A model generated the notes under the pieces. The model made no database searches and was not told the origin of the DNA. It saw nothing but the letters and a program-made list of their open reading frames with translations. DNA of 32,825 nucleotides from a virus (taxonomy: Duplodnaviria > Caudoviricetes): positions 1 through 32,825 of IMG/VR virus record IMGVR_UViG_3300022074_000197. One strand, given 5' to 3'. The position numbers were made by a program, and so were the translations under genes. This document shows, piece after piece, positions 1-9,748 of this stretch; position 1 is the stretch's first letter; every line of letters starts with the position of its first letter.

Positions 1-1248
1 GCTCCTAATGGTGTTCACAGGAACTGGGTCAACAAAGAGATACCACAACACTTGCCAGAGTGGTGTCATTATGAATCAACATATTATTATTCTGGGATGT
101 CAAAAAGAGATAAAGAATCATTTGAGTCTGTTATGGCTGTTAAAGAAAAATTAAGAATCTTTGCTTTTAATGTTGAGTGCTTTGTCAGTGGCATGGCTGT
201 AACAATAATGAGTAGAATACTTTTAGCTAACAATGTTATGTTGATTGTTGATGAAAGCTCAAGGATTAAAAGACCATCAGCAAAAAGAACAAAAGCTATA
301 ACAAAGTTTGGCAAGAACGCAAAGTACAAAAGAGTATTAACAGGAACACCTATAACAAAAGGACCAGAGGACATTTACAGCCAGTTTAGATTCTTGGATC
401 CACAAATATTAGGCTATGACAGTTTTTATTCTTTTAGAGCTAGATACTGCATAATGGGTGGCTTTGAAAACAGACAGATAGTTTCTTATCAAAACATAAA
501 TGAATTGACTAGGAACATTGAAGGACACTCTTTCAGAGTTTTAAAAAAAGATTGTTTGGATCTCCCTCCAAAAATTTATCAGAGATATCCTGTTGAACTA
601 TCTGCCAAGCAAAAGAAGTTATACGAACAAATGAAGAAAACATTCTCTACTGAGCTAGACAACATTAAGATTACTGCACCAGAAGCAATAACAAGGCTTT
701 TAAGACTGCAACAGATAGTTTGTGGGTGGTTTCCTAGTGATGATGAAGTAAAGCCAATAGATGACAAGAATCCCAGACTTCAAGCACTTTTAGAGATTCT
801 GAGTGACATTGATGCGAAAGTAATCATATGGGCAAGGTTTAAAGCCGATTTAAGAGCCATACAGGTGGCATTGGGAGATTCAGCTGTGGTTTACTATGGA
901 GATGTATCAAACGATGACAGGGAGCGAGCTGTGACGCAATTCCAAGAAAATCCAAAAATAAAATATTTTATTGGTCAACCTCAATCTGGTGGCATAGGTT
1001 TAACCCTCACTGCAGCAAATTATGCAATTTATTACTCCAACAGTTTTGACCTTGAAACAAGACTTCAATCAGAAGACAGATGTCACAGAATAGGAACAAA
1101 AAATAATGTCACCTATATTGATATAGAGACACCCAAGACAATAGACAGCAAGATAATAAAAGCATTAAGAAAAAAGAAAAGTCTTGCTGATGTTGTAACT
1201 AAAGATCCAATGTCATTATTTTTAGAGGAGGAGGATGATGGGGAATGA
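1..1248 (+). CDS. SNF2/Rad54-like superfamily 2 helicase/ATPase (5' truncated)
   Basis: Frame is open from base 1 (APNGVHRNW...). Motif II LIVDESSRIK, motif III LTGTP, C-terminal lobe KVIIWARF, GGIGLTLTAA and motif VI QSEDRCHRIG. Confidence 0.92.
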   Translation, partial: APNGVHRNWVNKEIPQHLPEWCHYESTYYYSGMSKRDKESFESVMAVKEKLRIFAFNVECFVSGMAVTIMSRILLANNVMLIVDESSRIKRPSAKRTKAITKFGKNAKYKRVLTGTPITKGPEDIYSQFRFLDPQILGYDSFYSFRARYCIMGGFENRQIVSYQNINELTRNIEGHSFRVLKKDCLDLPPKIYQRYPVELSAKQKKLYEQMKKTFSTELDNIKITAPEAITRLLRLQQIVCGWFPSDDEVKPIDDKNPRLQALLEILSDIDAKVIIWARFKADLRAIQVALGDSAVVYYGDVSNDDRERAVTQFQENPKIKYFIGQPQSGGIGLTLTAANYAIYYSNSFDLETRLQSEDRCHRIGTKNNVTYIDIETPKTIDSKIIKALRKKKSLADVVTKDPMSLFLEEEDDGE

Positions 1249-1402
1249 GCAGTTAGAACTATTTGAAAAAGAACATTTGGAAAAATTAAGGAAAGCTGTA
1301 GATAAATATCAAGCGAAAGATCAAGCAGAATCTTTTTCCACAGCCAGAAGAGATCTAGAAAAGTATGTTAATGAGTTAAGGAAAAAAGGTTATACAATAT
1401 GA
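1238..1402 (+). CDS. small hypothetical protein (54 aa, MGNEQLELFEKEHLEKLRKAVDKYQ...KKGYTI); not in ORF track
   Basis: Strong SD GAGGAGGAGG at 1225-1234; ATG 1238 (alternative 1235); TGA 1400-1402; fills the gap after the helicase. Confidence 0.7.
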   Translation: MGNEQLELFEKEHLEKLRKAVDKYQAKDQAESFSTARRDLEKYVNELRKKGYTI

Positions 1403-1403
1403 T

Positions 1404-1535
1404 ATGACAAAGTCAGAGCTTTTAAACAGGTTGTATGAGATCCGTGCAGGGTGTGATAATCAAAATATAGTAAAGCACATCAACAAAATGATAGAACAAA
1501 TAGAAAAAATTATAAGGAGTGGCATGTATGAGTGA
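1404..1535 (+). CDS. small hypothetical protein (43 aa, MTKSELLNRLYEIRAGCDN...GMYE); not in ORF track
   Basis: ATG 1 nt after the previous stop; its stop overlaps the start of the next gene, as expected for coupled phage genes. Confidence 0.6.
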   Translation: MTKSELLNRLYEIRAGCDNQNIVKHINKMIEQIEKIIRSGMYE

Positions 1536-1938
1536 GAAAAATTTTTGGGTGTTGTTAAGAACATCTTTGAAACAACTTAAAATGTATCGTGTTGAGAACA
1601 GAGTTATGAAAGGCATGCCAGATGTTCATTACATAAAAGATGGATCCAGTGGCTGGATAGAATTGAAGTATATTGATGAATGGCCAAAAACACGTGTTTC
1701 CACAGGATTAAAGCTTAATCAATGTCTTTGGCTAAAAGAGTATGATGAGAACAAAGGACAATGCTGGATACTTATAAGAGTTGGAAGAGACTTCACAGCA
1801 TTAATTCATGGCAAGGATGCTAAGAAAATTTTTGATAGACCAAGCAGATCTGATTTTTTTAAGCTATTGTCTTATCAAAAAGCTGGAAATATGACAAAAG
1901 AAGATTGGGCTGAATTATGTAATGTTCTAGTGGCATAG
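1528..1938 (+). CDS. PD-(D/E)xK nuclease, VRR-NUC / Holliday-junction resolvase-like
   Basis: MSE..., GMPDV, GWIELK and the downstream Q-x-x-WL motif; SD AAGGAG at 1514-1519 favours ATG 1528; typical neighbour of phage SNF2 helicases. Confidence 0.75.
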   Translation: MSEKNFWVLLRTSLKQLKMYRVENRVMKGMPDVHYIKDGSSGWIELKYIDEWPKTRVSTGLKLNQCLWLKEYDENKGQCWILIRVGRDFTALIHGKDAKKIFDRPSRSDFFKLLSYQKAGNMTKEDWAELCNVLVA

Positions 1939-2416
1939 CATTAAGCCTGTTGACCCTGTATAAATATAGTAAAAAGAATATAAATCCTAAGACTATAATT
2001 CCAACAAGACCATAAGTGCAATATTCCAAGAACTTTCTTCTCAGTTGAGCTTGTTTATAAATCGTCTCTTGTCTTGTTTTCCTTATGCTGGCTTCAGTTC
2101 TTAATAATTCATCCCAAGCACTTTGACCTTGTGTGAATTGAATCCATGTTCGTAACTCATCTCTTTGCTCAGTTGCTTTTTTCTTTGCAGCAAAAGCTTC
2201 TATTGCTTCTTGCTCAACGGATTTTCCTGCGAAAAGCTTTTTAAATATAGGTGGATTCTTTGCATCTTTTTCAGCTTGGTCAAGGTCAGATATAGCACCC
2301 ATCCATCTGCCTAAGTCGCTGGCCATTGATTCTAAGTCTCTGCCAGCTTGAAAACCTCTTTTAATTAAGCTGAATGCAGAACTAGCAGTTGCTAATGCTG
2401 TTACAGGATCGACCAT
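1859..2416 (-). CDS. hypothetical membrane-anchored phage protein (coiled coil plus one C-terminal TM helix)
   Basis: MVDPVTALATASSAF N-terminus, helical body and hydrophobic YGLVGIIVLGFIFFLLYLY; last gene of the late operon, coupled by a TAATG overlap. Confidence 0.7.
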   Translation of the reverse strand: MVDPVTALATASSAFSLIKRGFQAGRDLESMASDLGRWMGAISDLDQAEKDAKNPPIFKKLFAGKSVEQEAIEAFAAKKKATEQRDELRTWIQFTQGQSAWDELLRTEASIRKTRQETIYKQAQLRRKFLEYCTYGLVGIIVLGFIFFLLYLYRVNRLNAMPLEHYIIQPNLLLSYFQLFDKTIA

Positions 2417-4710
2417 TACTGTGTTGTTGCCTCAAGAAGTTTTTGCCTCTCTTCCTCATTCAAACCCTCTATGATACTGTTAAGGGCTGGAGATGGACTT
2501 TCACCACTGACAACATCCTCAACACCTTCAACAATTGTTGGTCTTAATGAATTTTGCACTGCACCAGAAAATAATGGTGCTCCAGTTTTGTCAACATATT
2601 GTTTCACCATATTATATGCTGCGTTCCTCTTAGCCATACTTTCTATACCACTGACAGCTTGCTCTCCGACTAGAGGAATAAATTGCAAAGAACTTAAAAT
2701 CCTGCCTCTAGTCATAGCTGAAACAAGCAAATATGATGACCCAGAGGGATTCAACTTTATGTCTGCCCAAAGGGTTGGCATTACATTTCTTCTGAAATCA
2801 GCTATCCTTTTTAACTCATCCTTATTAAAAAGTTTATTTATTATAGCTTTCTGCTTAACGAAAACGTCATCATAATTTTGCACAATGTTTGTTCTCGTAA
2901 CACCAGACTTACCAGATCCAGAGAAAGCTTTTTCTATTATGCCATCTTTTAACAAAGCCAAAACTTGAGCAGACTCTTCTTCTGGTAGAACTTTTTTCAA
3001 TTTATCTATAACCAAAGGCAGAGATTGATTGGGTGCAAACTTCGAATGACCGAAAAGTATATTCGCTACTTGTCTCGGTGTATAGTCTTGATCTGTTAGC
3101 TTTTGTAATATTTTGTTTGCAGATTTTTGCGCAAGAGTTCCTCCTTTGCCTTTGCCAGTCAGACCCATGTAATCTTTATAGAGATTTGTTGCTTTCTTCA
3201 ATGCGATCAATGCATCAGGATCACCATATATAAAACCTTCGTCAATGCCTTTAAATATAGCATCATCAAGAGCACCTTTTATCTTTGACAATGCTAATTG
3301 TTCGGGAGATCCTTGCTCTGCACTTCTGACAGTTCTGTTTATTTTCTTTTGATATCCATTCAGAACACTCAAAGATTGATCTTTAAATCTAGGATTTTTG
3401 CTTGCTTTTAAAAGTTTTTGTAAAAAATCGAGTTCCCTTTTCAACAAAGGCATTCCAGCAATCTCTATATTTGTTATGCCTAAACCTGTTGTTGGATCTT
3501 TTATATTTGTCAAAGCATTGCCAACAGCTTTTCTTATACCATCAACAGTCATCCTTGGCATTTCGACAGGGTTGCGTGCATCAATGTATGCTTGCCCTGA
3601 CTCTGTTTTTATCTCATCAGCTTTCTTTGTGAGTATTGATTGAATTTCCTCACTTGCAGCACCAGTTGGGTCTTTGCCCTCTCCTGGTCTCAAAGTAAGA
3701 TCTGTTGATGGTTGACCAGATCCTATCTCGCTCTGCAATCGTTGTGCTTCGTTGCGTATTTGATCAAGCTGACTCTCATCAAACCTCTGCAAAACACCAC
3801 TGGCATCACCACCTGCTCCTGGAGCATTCCTTATAGTTGATTCTTGCTCTAACTGAACAGTTGCTTTAGGTTGATATGTTGATTCTGGTGGAGGTGATGT
3901 TCTCTGACCAACAGTTAGTTCAAATTGAGATTCTTGTGGTTTAGGCTGTTCTTTCGGCATCATAAATCTTGGGAGCTTTACACCAGTTTTGTCTGCGGCT
4001 TTTATAACTCCTTTTGCTGCTCCTTTAACTATTGGTGGTGCAAGAACATCAATACCAACTCCAAGTGCAGTGGAGGAGCCAATGTCTCTAACAACGTCAC
4101 CCAAAAATGTTCTTTCTTTTGCTGCAGTCGTTTTTGGTGTCATTGATGACTCGAGACCTGTACTTAAAGTTTCAGTTGTTCCATAAGCACCTACTCCTCT
4201 AGTTATTGTTCCCAATAATGTTTTAGCTTTATTTACAAATTTGGTTGCAGGCAGGAATTTAATAGTCTCTCCAACGAACGTTCCGAAGTCTGTTCCTGAT
4301 GCTCCTGGTTTGTTAACATAATATGGTTTTTCATTCCAAACAATCATAGGGTTATTAAATTTATCTACAAAAGACCCACCCCATCTCTCATCACCTTTAT
4401 AGGCTCTGTCTAATATTTCTGCCTTTCCAAAATCATCTCTTGTTATCAACACTTGAAGATTTGGCAACAAGCCTTCAACAAATCCTGGAGCTTCGCCACC
4501 CATGTTAGCGATCTCACGAACTTCTGGAAACTCTATTTCAGCTCCCCCACCTGTAACAGATTGAACAACAGCTTTGGGCAAACCAGCTATTGACTCAAGA
4601 AGACTTTTCTCTTGATCCTCATCAATTGTTCCTTCTTCTTCAACATCAGAGGTAAAATTATACTCAACACCATCATCTTGCTGTTGGACTTTATTAAAAT
4701 CTATGCCCAT
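2416..4710 (-). CDS. internal virion / DNA-transfer (ejection) protein, P22 gp16-like
   Basis: 764 aa helical protein and last of three large genes after the GNAT gene. The segment NPMIVWNEKPYYVNKPGASGTDFGTFVGETIKFLPA resembles the NKPG motif I recall from P22-like gp16 DNA-transfer proteins. Confidence 0.65.
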   Translation of the reverse strand: MGIDFNKVQQQDDGVEYNFTSDVEEEGTIDEDQEKSLLESIAGLPKAVVQSVTGGGAEIEFPEVREIANMGGEAPGFVEGLLPNLQVLITRDDFGKAEILDRAYKGDERWGGSFVDKFNNPMIVWNEKPYYVNKPGASGTDFGTFVGETIKFLPATKFVNKAKTLLGTITRGVGAYGTTETLSTGLESSMTPKTTAAKERTFLGDVVRDIGSSTALGVGIDVLAPPIVKGAAKGVIKAADKTGVKLPRFMMPKEQPKPQESQFELTVGQRTSPPPESTYQPKATVQLEQESTIRNAPGAGGDASGVLQRFDESQLDQIRNEAQRLQSEIGSGQPSTDLTLRPGEGKDPTGAASEEIQSILTKKADEIKTESGQAYIDARNPVEMPRMTVDGIRKAVGNALTNIKDPTTGLGITNIEIAGMPLLKRELDFLQKLLKASKNPRFKDQSLSVLNGYQKKINRTVRSAEQGSPEQLALSKIKGALDDAIFKGIDEGFIYGDPDALIALKKATNLYKDYMGLTGKGKGGTLAQKSANKILQKLTDQDYTPRQVANILFGHSKFAPNQSLPLVIDKLKKVLPEEESAQVLALLKDGIIEKAFSGSGKSGVTRTNIVQNYDDVFVKQKAIINKLFNKDELKRIADFRRNVMPTLWADIKLNPSGSSYLLVSAMTRGRILSSLQFIPLVGEQAVSGIESMAKRNAAYNMVKQYVDKTGAPLFSGAVQNSLRPTIVEGVEDVVSGESPSPALNSIIEGLNEEERQKLLEATTQ

Positions 4711-6449
4711 TAGTCCTTACTCCCTTTCCAACCTTTAACTATAAATGTTCCTTTTGTATTAGGAAAAAGTCTTTTTCCTGGACTTCCTGGAAGTCTGTTC
4801 AATATAACATCACCTATTTGAAGATTTGCGAACCACCTGTCTCTTTCTTCTCTGAAATTCTTACTGTCAACATCATCATTACCTGTGTTGAACTTAGGAT
4901 CCTCTGGATTAAAATCAGTCCATTTTTCATATATTCCTTTGTCTTGTTCTCTTATTCTCTCGTTGATTACTGATTCAGGTAAATATTGTTTTTTCAACTC
5001 TTTTATTAAAGCAATATTATTAACATTGTTTAATGTTTGCCTTTTCAAGCTATAAAGAGCAATGTAGTTTGCGAGTCCTGTATTTTTTAAAGAAAGTATC
5101 GCTCTTTTATATGCTTCAAATTCTATATCAGAAGTAGAACCAGTTCCAGGAGTACGCATCTTCGGAGCAAGCCTGTTAGATAGTGCTTCTAATAAAGCTG
5201 TGTCATTTGATTTTGCTGGATCCAAACCTAAAACATCTATAAAAAATCTACTTGCATCTACAAATGTTCCTTTTATGAAACCAGTTGCTTCTGGATTTTC
5301 TAGCAAAACATCCATGGCAGTTTGAAGGCTCGGCAAAAGATCTCCTTCAGTCTGTCTGAGCTCTCCCAACTTTTGATCTATTTTAATTATATCTTTTTTA
5401 AGAGTATCCACTTCTATTGGTATTGGCGATCCTGTTGGTGTTTGCAATATTGTTGAGAGAGAACCATCTTCTCCAGCACGATCTGAATAAAAGCTAACAT
5501 ATTGTTGACCGAGTATAACAGGGTTGCCAACTCTGTCTTGATCGTCCGTTGTTATTTGACTCAACAATAAATTGTACTCAGGATCGTCTGGTGTCACACC
5601 TATTCTTTCTAGTGTCTTTTTTGCATCATCCTCAAGTTGATAAACAGCTCCCTCACCTCTTATCCTTTGTGGTGCTAGATCTTTTGTTGAATCTTTTTTA
5701 TCAGACCAACCACCCTCTGCACTGGTTGCTTGATCATATGCCTCTTGGCTGTAGACTTTCATCTCTTCGCCAGCTTTGTAAACTGTTCTGACTGCAAACT
5801 TGGGTGGCTTGTTAGGCAAGTTAAAATCACCCTCTCCAGACATTGCTTTTTCATATTGTGGAGTTCCAGGAATAAATCTTCTGAAATCTCCTGAAGCATT
5901 ATAAAACATTGTTCCTGCCTCTGCTGCAGATTTATCTAAGTCTGGTATTTGCTCCATTCTTAATAAGAAACCAGCATTGTCCTCAATCCTATAATTATAA
6001 ATTGGTATGCCCTCTGCTGTGTATTTTATCTTGCCATCTTCACCTCTTACAACACCTATCTTTTTATAGTTCTCACCTCTGCCTTTGCCTGCTATGGTTG
6101 GTGGCTTTAACATTTGTGCTATACTTAATGCTGTCTGTGGCAATGCTGCTTCAGCTTTCCTTTGCTCTTCTCTTCTTTGTATCATGTATTGTGCTGGTGA
6201 TTGAATAGCTGTCCCAGCAGCACCCAGTGCAGTGGCTCCTGGTTTTGATGACTCTGCAGCAAGATTGGAAAAGAATAACAATGATAATAGTGCTGGGTCA
6301 ATAGGCTGTTGTTGAGGAACTAGACCTCTGGCAATTTGCGTTGCAGCATCGACATTAGCTCTGCCACCTAATGCTGATAAAGCAGCACTTGGGAGATTTG
6401 ATAAAGTTGTGCCAGAAGCACCAAAAGTTTTATTGTCATTGACAGCCAT
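4710..6449 (-). CDS. internal virion / ejection protein, P22 gp20-like position
   Basis: Ala/Gly/Gln-rich N-terminus, GTGSTSDIEF motif near the C-terminus, synteny; start is ATG 6449 or 6458. Confidence 0.55.
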   Translation of the reverse strand: MAVNDNKTFGASGTTLSNLPSAALSALGGRANVDAATQIARGLVPQQQPIDPALLSLLFFSNLAAESSKPGATALGAAGTAIQSPAQYMIQRREEQRKAEAALPQTALSIAQMLKPPTIAGKGRGENYKKIGVVRGEDGKIKYTAEGIPIYNYRIEDNAGFLLRMEQIPDLDKSAAEAGTMFYNASGDFRRFIPGTPQYEKAMSGEGDFNLPNKPPKFAVRTVYKAGEEMKVYSQEAYDQATSAEGGWSDKKDSTKDLAPQRIRGEGAVYQLEDDAKKTLERIGVTPDDPEYNLLLSQITTDDQDRVGNPVILGQQYVSFYSDRAGEDGSLSTILQTPTGSPIPIEVDTLKKDIIKIDQKLGELRQTEGDLLPSLQTAMDVLLENPEATGFIKGTFVDASRFFIDVLGLDPAKSNDTALLEALSNRLAPKMRTPGTGSTSDIEFEAYKRAILSLKNTGLANYIALYSLKRQTLNNVNNIALIKELKKQYLPESVINERIREQDKGIYEKWTDFNPEDPKFNTGNDDVDSKNFREERDRWFANLQIGDVILNRLPGSPGKRLFPNTKGTFIVKGWKGSKD

Positions 6450-6450
6450 T

Positions 6451-7620
6451 TTAACCACCCTTACTTAAATAATATGCACTTGCTAGTGATCCAAGACCAC
6501 CTAATGTTTGACCATAAACAGAAGGTGATTGTACGAACTGTGAACCTCTGTTAAGAGCAGTTGTTGTTGTTTCGTATGGCAAACCTTTTAGTGCACCTAT
6601 TGCAAAATTTAATCTTTGAAAAGGCATTTCTCTTTGATCAATAAAATCAGAGAAAGCCATGTCTAGTGCTGCTTGATCAAGCTGTCTTCTTGCTTGTCCT
6701 GAACTCAATAAACCACTTGCAGCTTGTTCTTGTAAACCTTGAACCAGAGGTGCAAAGCTTTGAAGTTGGTCTGCTCTTCTGACCCTTGCTGCTTCTTCTG
6801 TCTCGTATCCTGCTCGCATTGCTGACTCTGCACCAAATCTTGCAGCTCTGTCTCTTTCAGCTCTGGCTTGCATTGCATCTCTATCAGACTCAAACTGACC
6901 TCGCATAACTCCTTCAGCTGAGAATCTTGCAGCACGATCTCTTTCGGCTTGTGCTCTATCTGCATCAAACCTACCTGCTGAAAATCCTAAACCCTCTCTT
7001 GCAGCTGTTGCTCTCAAATCACCAATAGCTTGTGCTCCTTCTGCTCCGAGAGTTCCCTCCATTATACCTAGTCGAGATCCAAAACCACCACCACCTCTTG
7101 CAGCTTTTGCCCTTGCAGCTATCTGTTGTTCAGAGACTAGTCTCTCCATGTCTCTTACAGCTGGATCTGTCGCTGTTTGAAATATATCAAGGAAAGGTTG
7201 TGCTCTGTCTAATGTGAATGAGTCTAAATCAGGACGCTGACCTATGAGATCATCTCTTGTTGCACCTGTATAAGTTCCAAGCTCTGGAGATGTGCCAACA
7301 AGTTCATCTCTTGTCGCACCATCAAATCCTAATCCTAGTCCTAAAGTTGCACCATAAGCTTGATCTAGATAAGGTTGATAAATGTCTGCGTTTTTTGATA
7401 AAATATCAAAAGCTTGTTGTTCTTCTGGTGTTAGCTTGTTCCCGTCATAGGTTGCTATTCTTGGACCAGTGTAAAGAGGAGCTTCCCCACTCGCGAGTTC
7501 TGATGCTTGTTCAAAAAGTCTTTTCCCTCCTTCAGCAACATAAGAAGGAATGCCTGTACCAGTAACTGTTAAATCAGATGTTGGTAATTCTTCTGTTGTT
7601 GTTGTACATAAACCACCCAT
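6451..7620 (-). CDS. internal virion / pilot (ejection) protein, P22 gp7-like position
   Basis: MGG N-terminus, Ala/Gln/Arg-rich coiled-coil repeats, C-terminal Gly-rich amphipathic tail (GQTLGGLGSLASAY); directly follows the GNAT gene. Confidence 0.6.
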   Translation of the reverse strand: MGGLCTTTTEELPTSDLTVTGTGIPSYVAEGGKRLFEQASELASGEAPLYTGPRIATYDGNKLTPEEQQAFDILSKNADIYQPYLDQAYGATLGLGLGFDGATRDELVGTSPELGTYTGATRDDLIGQRPDLDSFTLDRAQPFLDIFQTATDPAVRDMERLVSEQQIAARAKAARGGGGFGSRLGIMEGTLGAEGAQAIGDLRATAAREGLGFSAGRFDADRAQAERDRAARFSAEGVMRGQFESDRDAMQARAERDRAARFGAESAMRAGYETEEAARVRRADQLQSFAPLVQGLQEQAASGLLSSGQARRQLDQAALDMAFSDFIDQREMPFQRLNFAIGALKGLPYETTTTALNRGSQFVQSPSVYGQTLGGLGSLASAYYLSKGG

Positions 7621-8063
7621 TAAGCAACCTCCAAAAATACTGACCCTGCTTTTTGCAAACCTAGCCTTTGAAAAAATTTGTCTTTACGTTCAAGGTCTTT
7701 AGAAAATACATGACCTAATCTTACTGGTATATTAACTTTTTGCCCTACCTTTTTAAACTCTCTAACAAGCTCAAATGCTGCATTGCTTTTCCTTGCTTCT
7801 GGAGTAACGTAAAACCAAAGGTCTCCGAGATGCTTTTCCTCAGACCACCAGTCACTAGCAACCAATCCACCTATTGAACCCTCTATAACATTTTTATCAT
7901 TAAGAGAGACAAGACAAACTCCTCTGTGTATTGCTTCTGATATTTTATTTATCATTTTTTCAGAATTAATTTTAGGTGTCGGGATTTCTGTTCCACTGTG
8001 CATCTCAATTAAAAGTGCAGTAATTGCAGAAATGTCTAAAACTCCAGCTCTCTTTATTATCAT
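7620..8063 (-). CDS. GNAT-family acetyltransferase-like protein
   Basis: IKRAGVLD start, WFYVTPEARKS (acyl-CoA-binding motif A-like) and KFFQRLGLQKAG (motif B-like). Confidence 0.75.
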   Translation of the reverse strand: MIIKRAGVLDISAITALLIEMHSGTEIPTPKINSEKMINKISEAIHRGVCLVSLNDKNVIEGSIGGLVASDWWSEEKHLGDLWFYVTPEARKSNAAFELVREFKKVGQKVNIPVRLGHVFSKDLERKDKFFQRLGLQKAGSVFLEVA

Positions 8064-8413
8064 TACATGCTCCCGAGTGCACCCATTTGAGGTTTTTGCA
8101 TTTCTTCAGAACCCATATTCATTTTCTCTATTTCTTGAATCATTGATCCGAGTTCTGGCAATAATTTTATTAATATTTTAGCAACATCAGGACTTATAAC
8201 TTGATCAAGCATTTGTAATTCTTGTGGACTCATGTTTGCTAGCCTAGCCATAAGAACTGCACCAATCTCGTCAGAAGGCATCATAAGATTCTCTTTTGCT
8301 TTTTCAGGCATCATGTCGAGTGGTCCTTCTCTCTTCATGTTTGCGCCTTTCATGTCTGGCATAGGAGGTCTTTCTCCCATTGCTCCCATTCTCATCATAT
8401 CTTCATCTGCCAT
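8063..8413 (-). CDS. Met-rich acidic hypothetical protein
   Basis: 116 aa, SD GGAG upstream, tightly packed; begins with MGAMG and ends with MGALGSM. Confidence 0.7.
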   Translation of the reverse strand: MADEDMMRMGAMGERPPMPDMKGANMKREGPLDMMPEKAKENLMMPSDEIGAVLMARLANMSPQELQMLDQVISPDVAKILIKLLPELGSMIQEIEKMNMGSEEMQKPQMGALGSM

Positions 8414-9706
8414 TTATATCTCCTTTTGTTTATATAGCACGGACCAATCTGTTGACTTTTTAAAATTACCTATAATCCAACAAGTTGGTTCTAAAATTTT
8501 TCTGTATATCTTCCCTAAATAATCAGGCTTTTCTCTTTTGCCATATATGTAAGCTATCTCATTTGCTCTATGTCCAGCAACATGTTTCCAAAACTTAGTG
8601 AATCTTCCCTTGCGCATTTGCTTAACCATCCAAACTGCCCAACAGTGATAACCATTAACATGCTTAGTAGTAAGATAGTCTCTAGTAAACCTATAATCAA
8701 GAAGAACTTGTTCTCTGGTCATTAAACCTTGTTTCATCAACTCATTGCAGATAACCCTGCCACCTACTACGCTACCAAGAACACCACCCACAACTCCTCC
8801 AACTCCAGGCAAGAGTGCATTACCTATGGCAGTTCCTATAGCTGAAGCACCTGCAGACTTTGCAGCTTTTGCTGGATCCTCACCCATTAATAATTGAACA
8901 CCGAAGTTTACAACTCCACCACCTGCAGCAGATGCCCAGTTTTGTGCAGCTTGTTCACTACCATATAATCTCCTGCCAACCTCTTGAAAATAACTTGGAG
9001 CTTTTGTTGCCTGCGTTATTGTACTCGCTGATATATTACCACCAACCCCAGACAATACACCATCTTGCAATGATACGCCAGCAGGGAGTTTGCTAACATC
9101 ATAAACTAAACTTTCTCCAGTTGATCTTGCAGCACCAGAAAGTTGATTAAATACATCTAAGTTCCCAGTTGCTTTTGCCACTGCTTGGTTTGCAAGTTCT
9201 GGCTGAAAGAAATCGTTTTTTGTAAGCTGTAATTTAAGACCTTGAGATATAGATGATTGAACTTGTTGTGATGGCAAAGAACTAAAAGTTGATGTTGCGC
9301 CCTCTAATATTTTAGATCCAGCAGATCCCTCAAGATAAGGATCAACCAATGCTCTTCCTGCCTGACGACCAACTGCCTGTCCAAGCTCACTAGCAACTCC
9401 ACCAATTATTTGATCTGCCTCAGGCATTCCTGGAGGAGTTCCTTGTTGATCAGTTATGTCTTTATATTGTTCCAGGAGATCTTTTTGCACTTTATCATTT
9501 GGATCATAAGTTCTTTCCCCTGTTTGTATCATTTTAACAAACTGGAAAGATGGCATTGCTGCTGTGCCATAAACATTCTGCAAATTTTCTACATTTTGCG
9601 GAGTTTGACCTTGCTGTTGATAAACATTATAAGTCACAAGAGGCTTTGGCTCTGCATTAGTTAAGCCTGTTAATGCTCCTCTTGGTGATATAACATGTGA
9701 TGGCAT
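8414..9706 (-). CDS. putative virion protein with a Gly-zipper segment and a C-terminal Cys-led domain (CFI-box-CTERM-like)
   Basis: SD AAAGGAG; Gln/Ala/Gly-rich body, then GASAIGTAIGNALLPGVGGVVGGVLGSVVGG followed by RVICNEL...YRFTRDYL...GYHCWA. Confidence 0.6.
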   Translation of the reverse strand: MPSHVISPRGALTGLTNAEPKPLVTYNVYQQQGQTPQNVENLQNVYGTAAMPSFQFVKMIQTGERTYDPNDKVQKDLLEQYKDITDQQGTPPGMPEADQIIGGVASELGQAVGRQAGRALVDPYLEGSAGSKILEGATSTFSSLPSQQVQSSISQGLKLQLTKNDFFQPELANQAVAKATGNLDVFNQLSGAARSTGESLVYDVSKLPAGVSLQDGVLSGVGGNISASTITQATKAPSYFQEVGRRLYGSEQAAQNWASAAGGGVVNFGVQLLMGEDPAKAAKSAGASAIGTAIGNALLPGVGGVVGGVLGSVVGGRVICNELMKQGLMTREQVLLDYRFTRDYLTTKHVNGYHCWAVWMVKQMRKGRFTKFWKHVAGHRANEIAYIYGKREKPDYLGKIYRKILEPTCWIIGNFKKSTDWSVLYKQKEI

Positions 9707-9748
9707 ATTAACTCCTTTATTTGACCTTACTCTTTATCCGATGCATAA

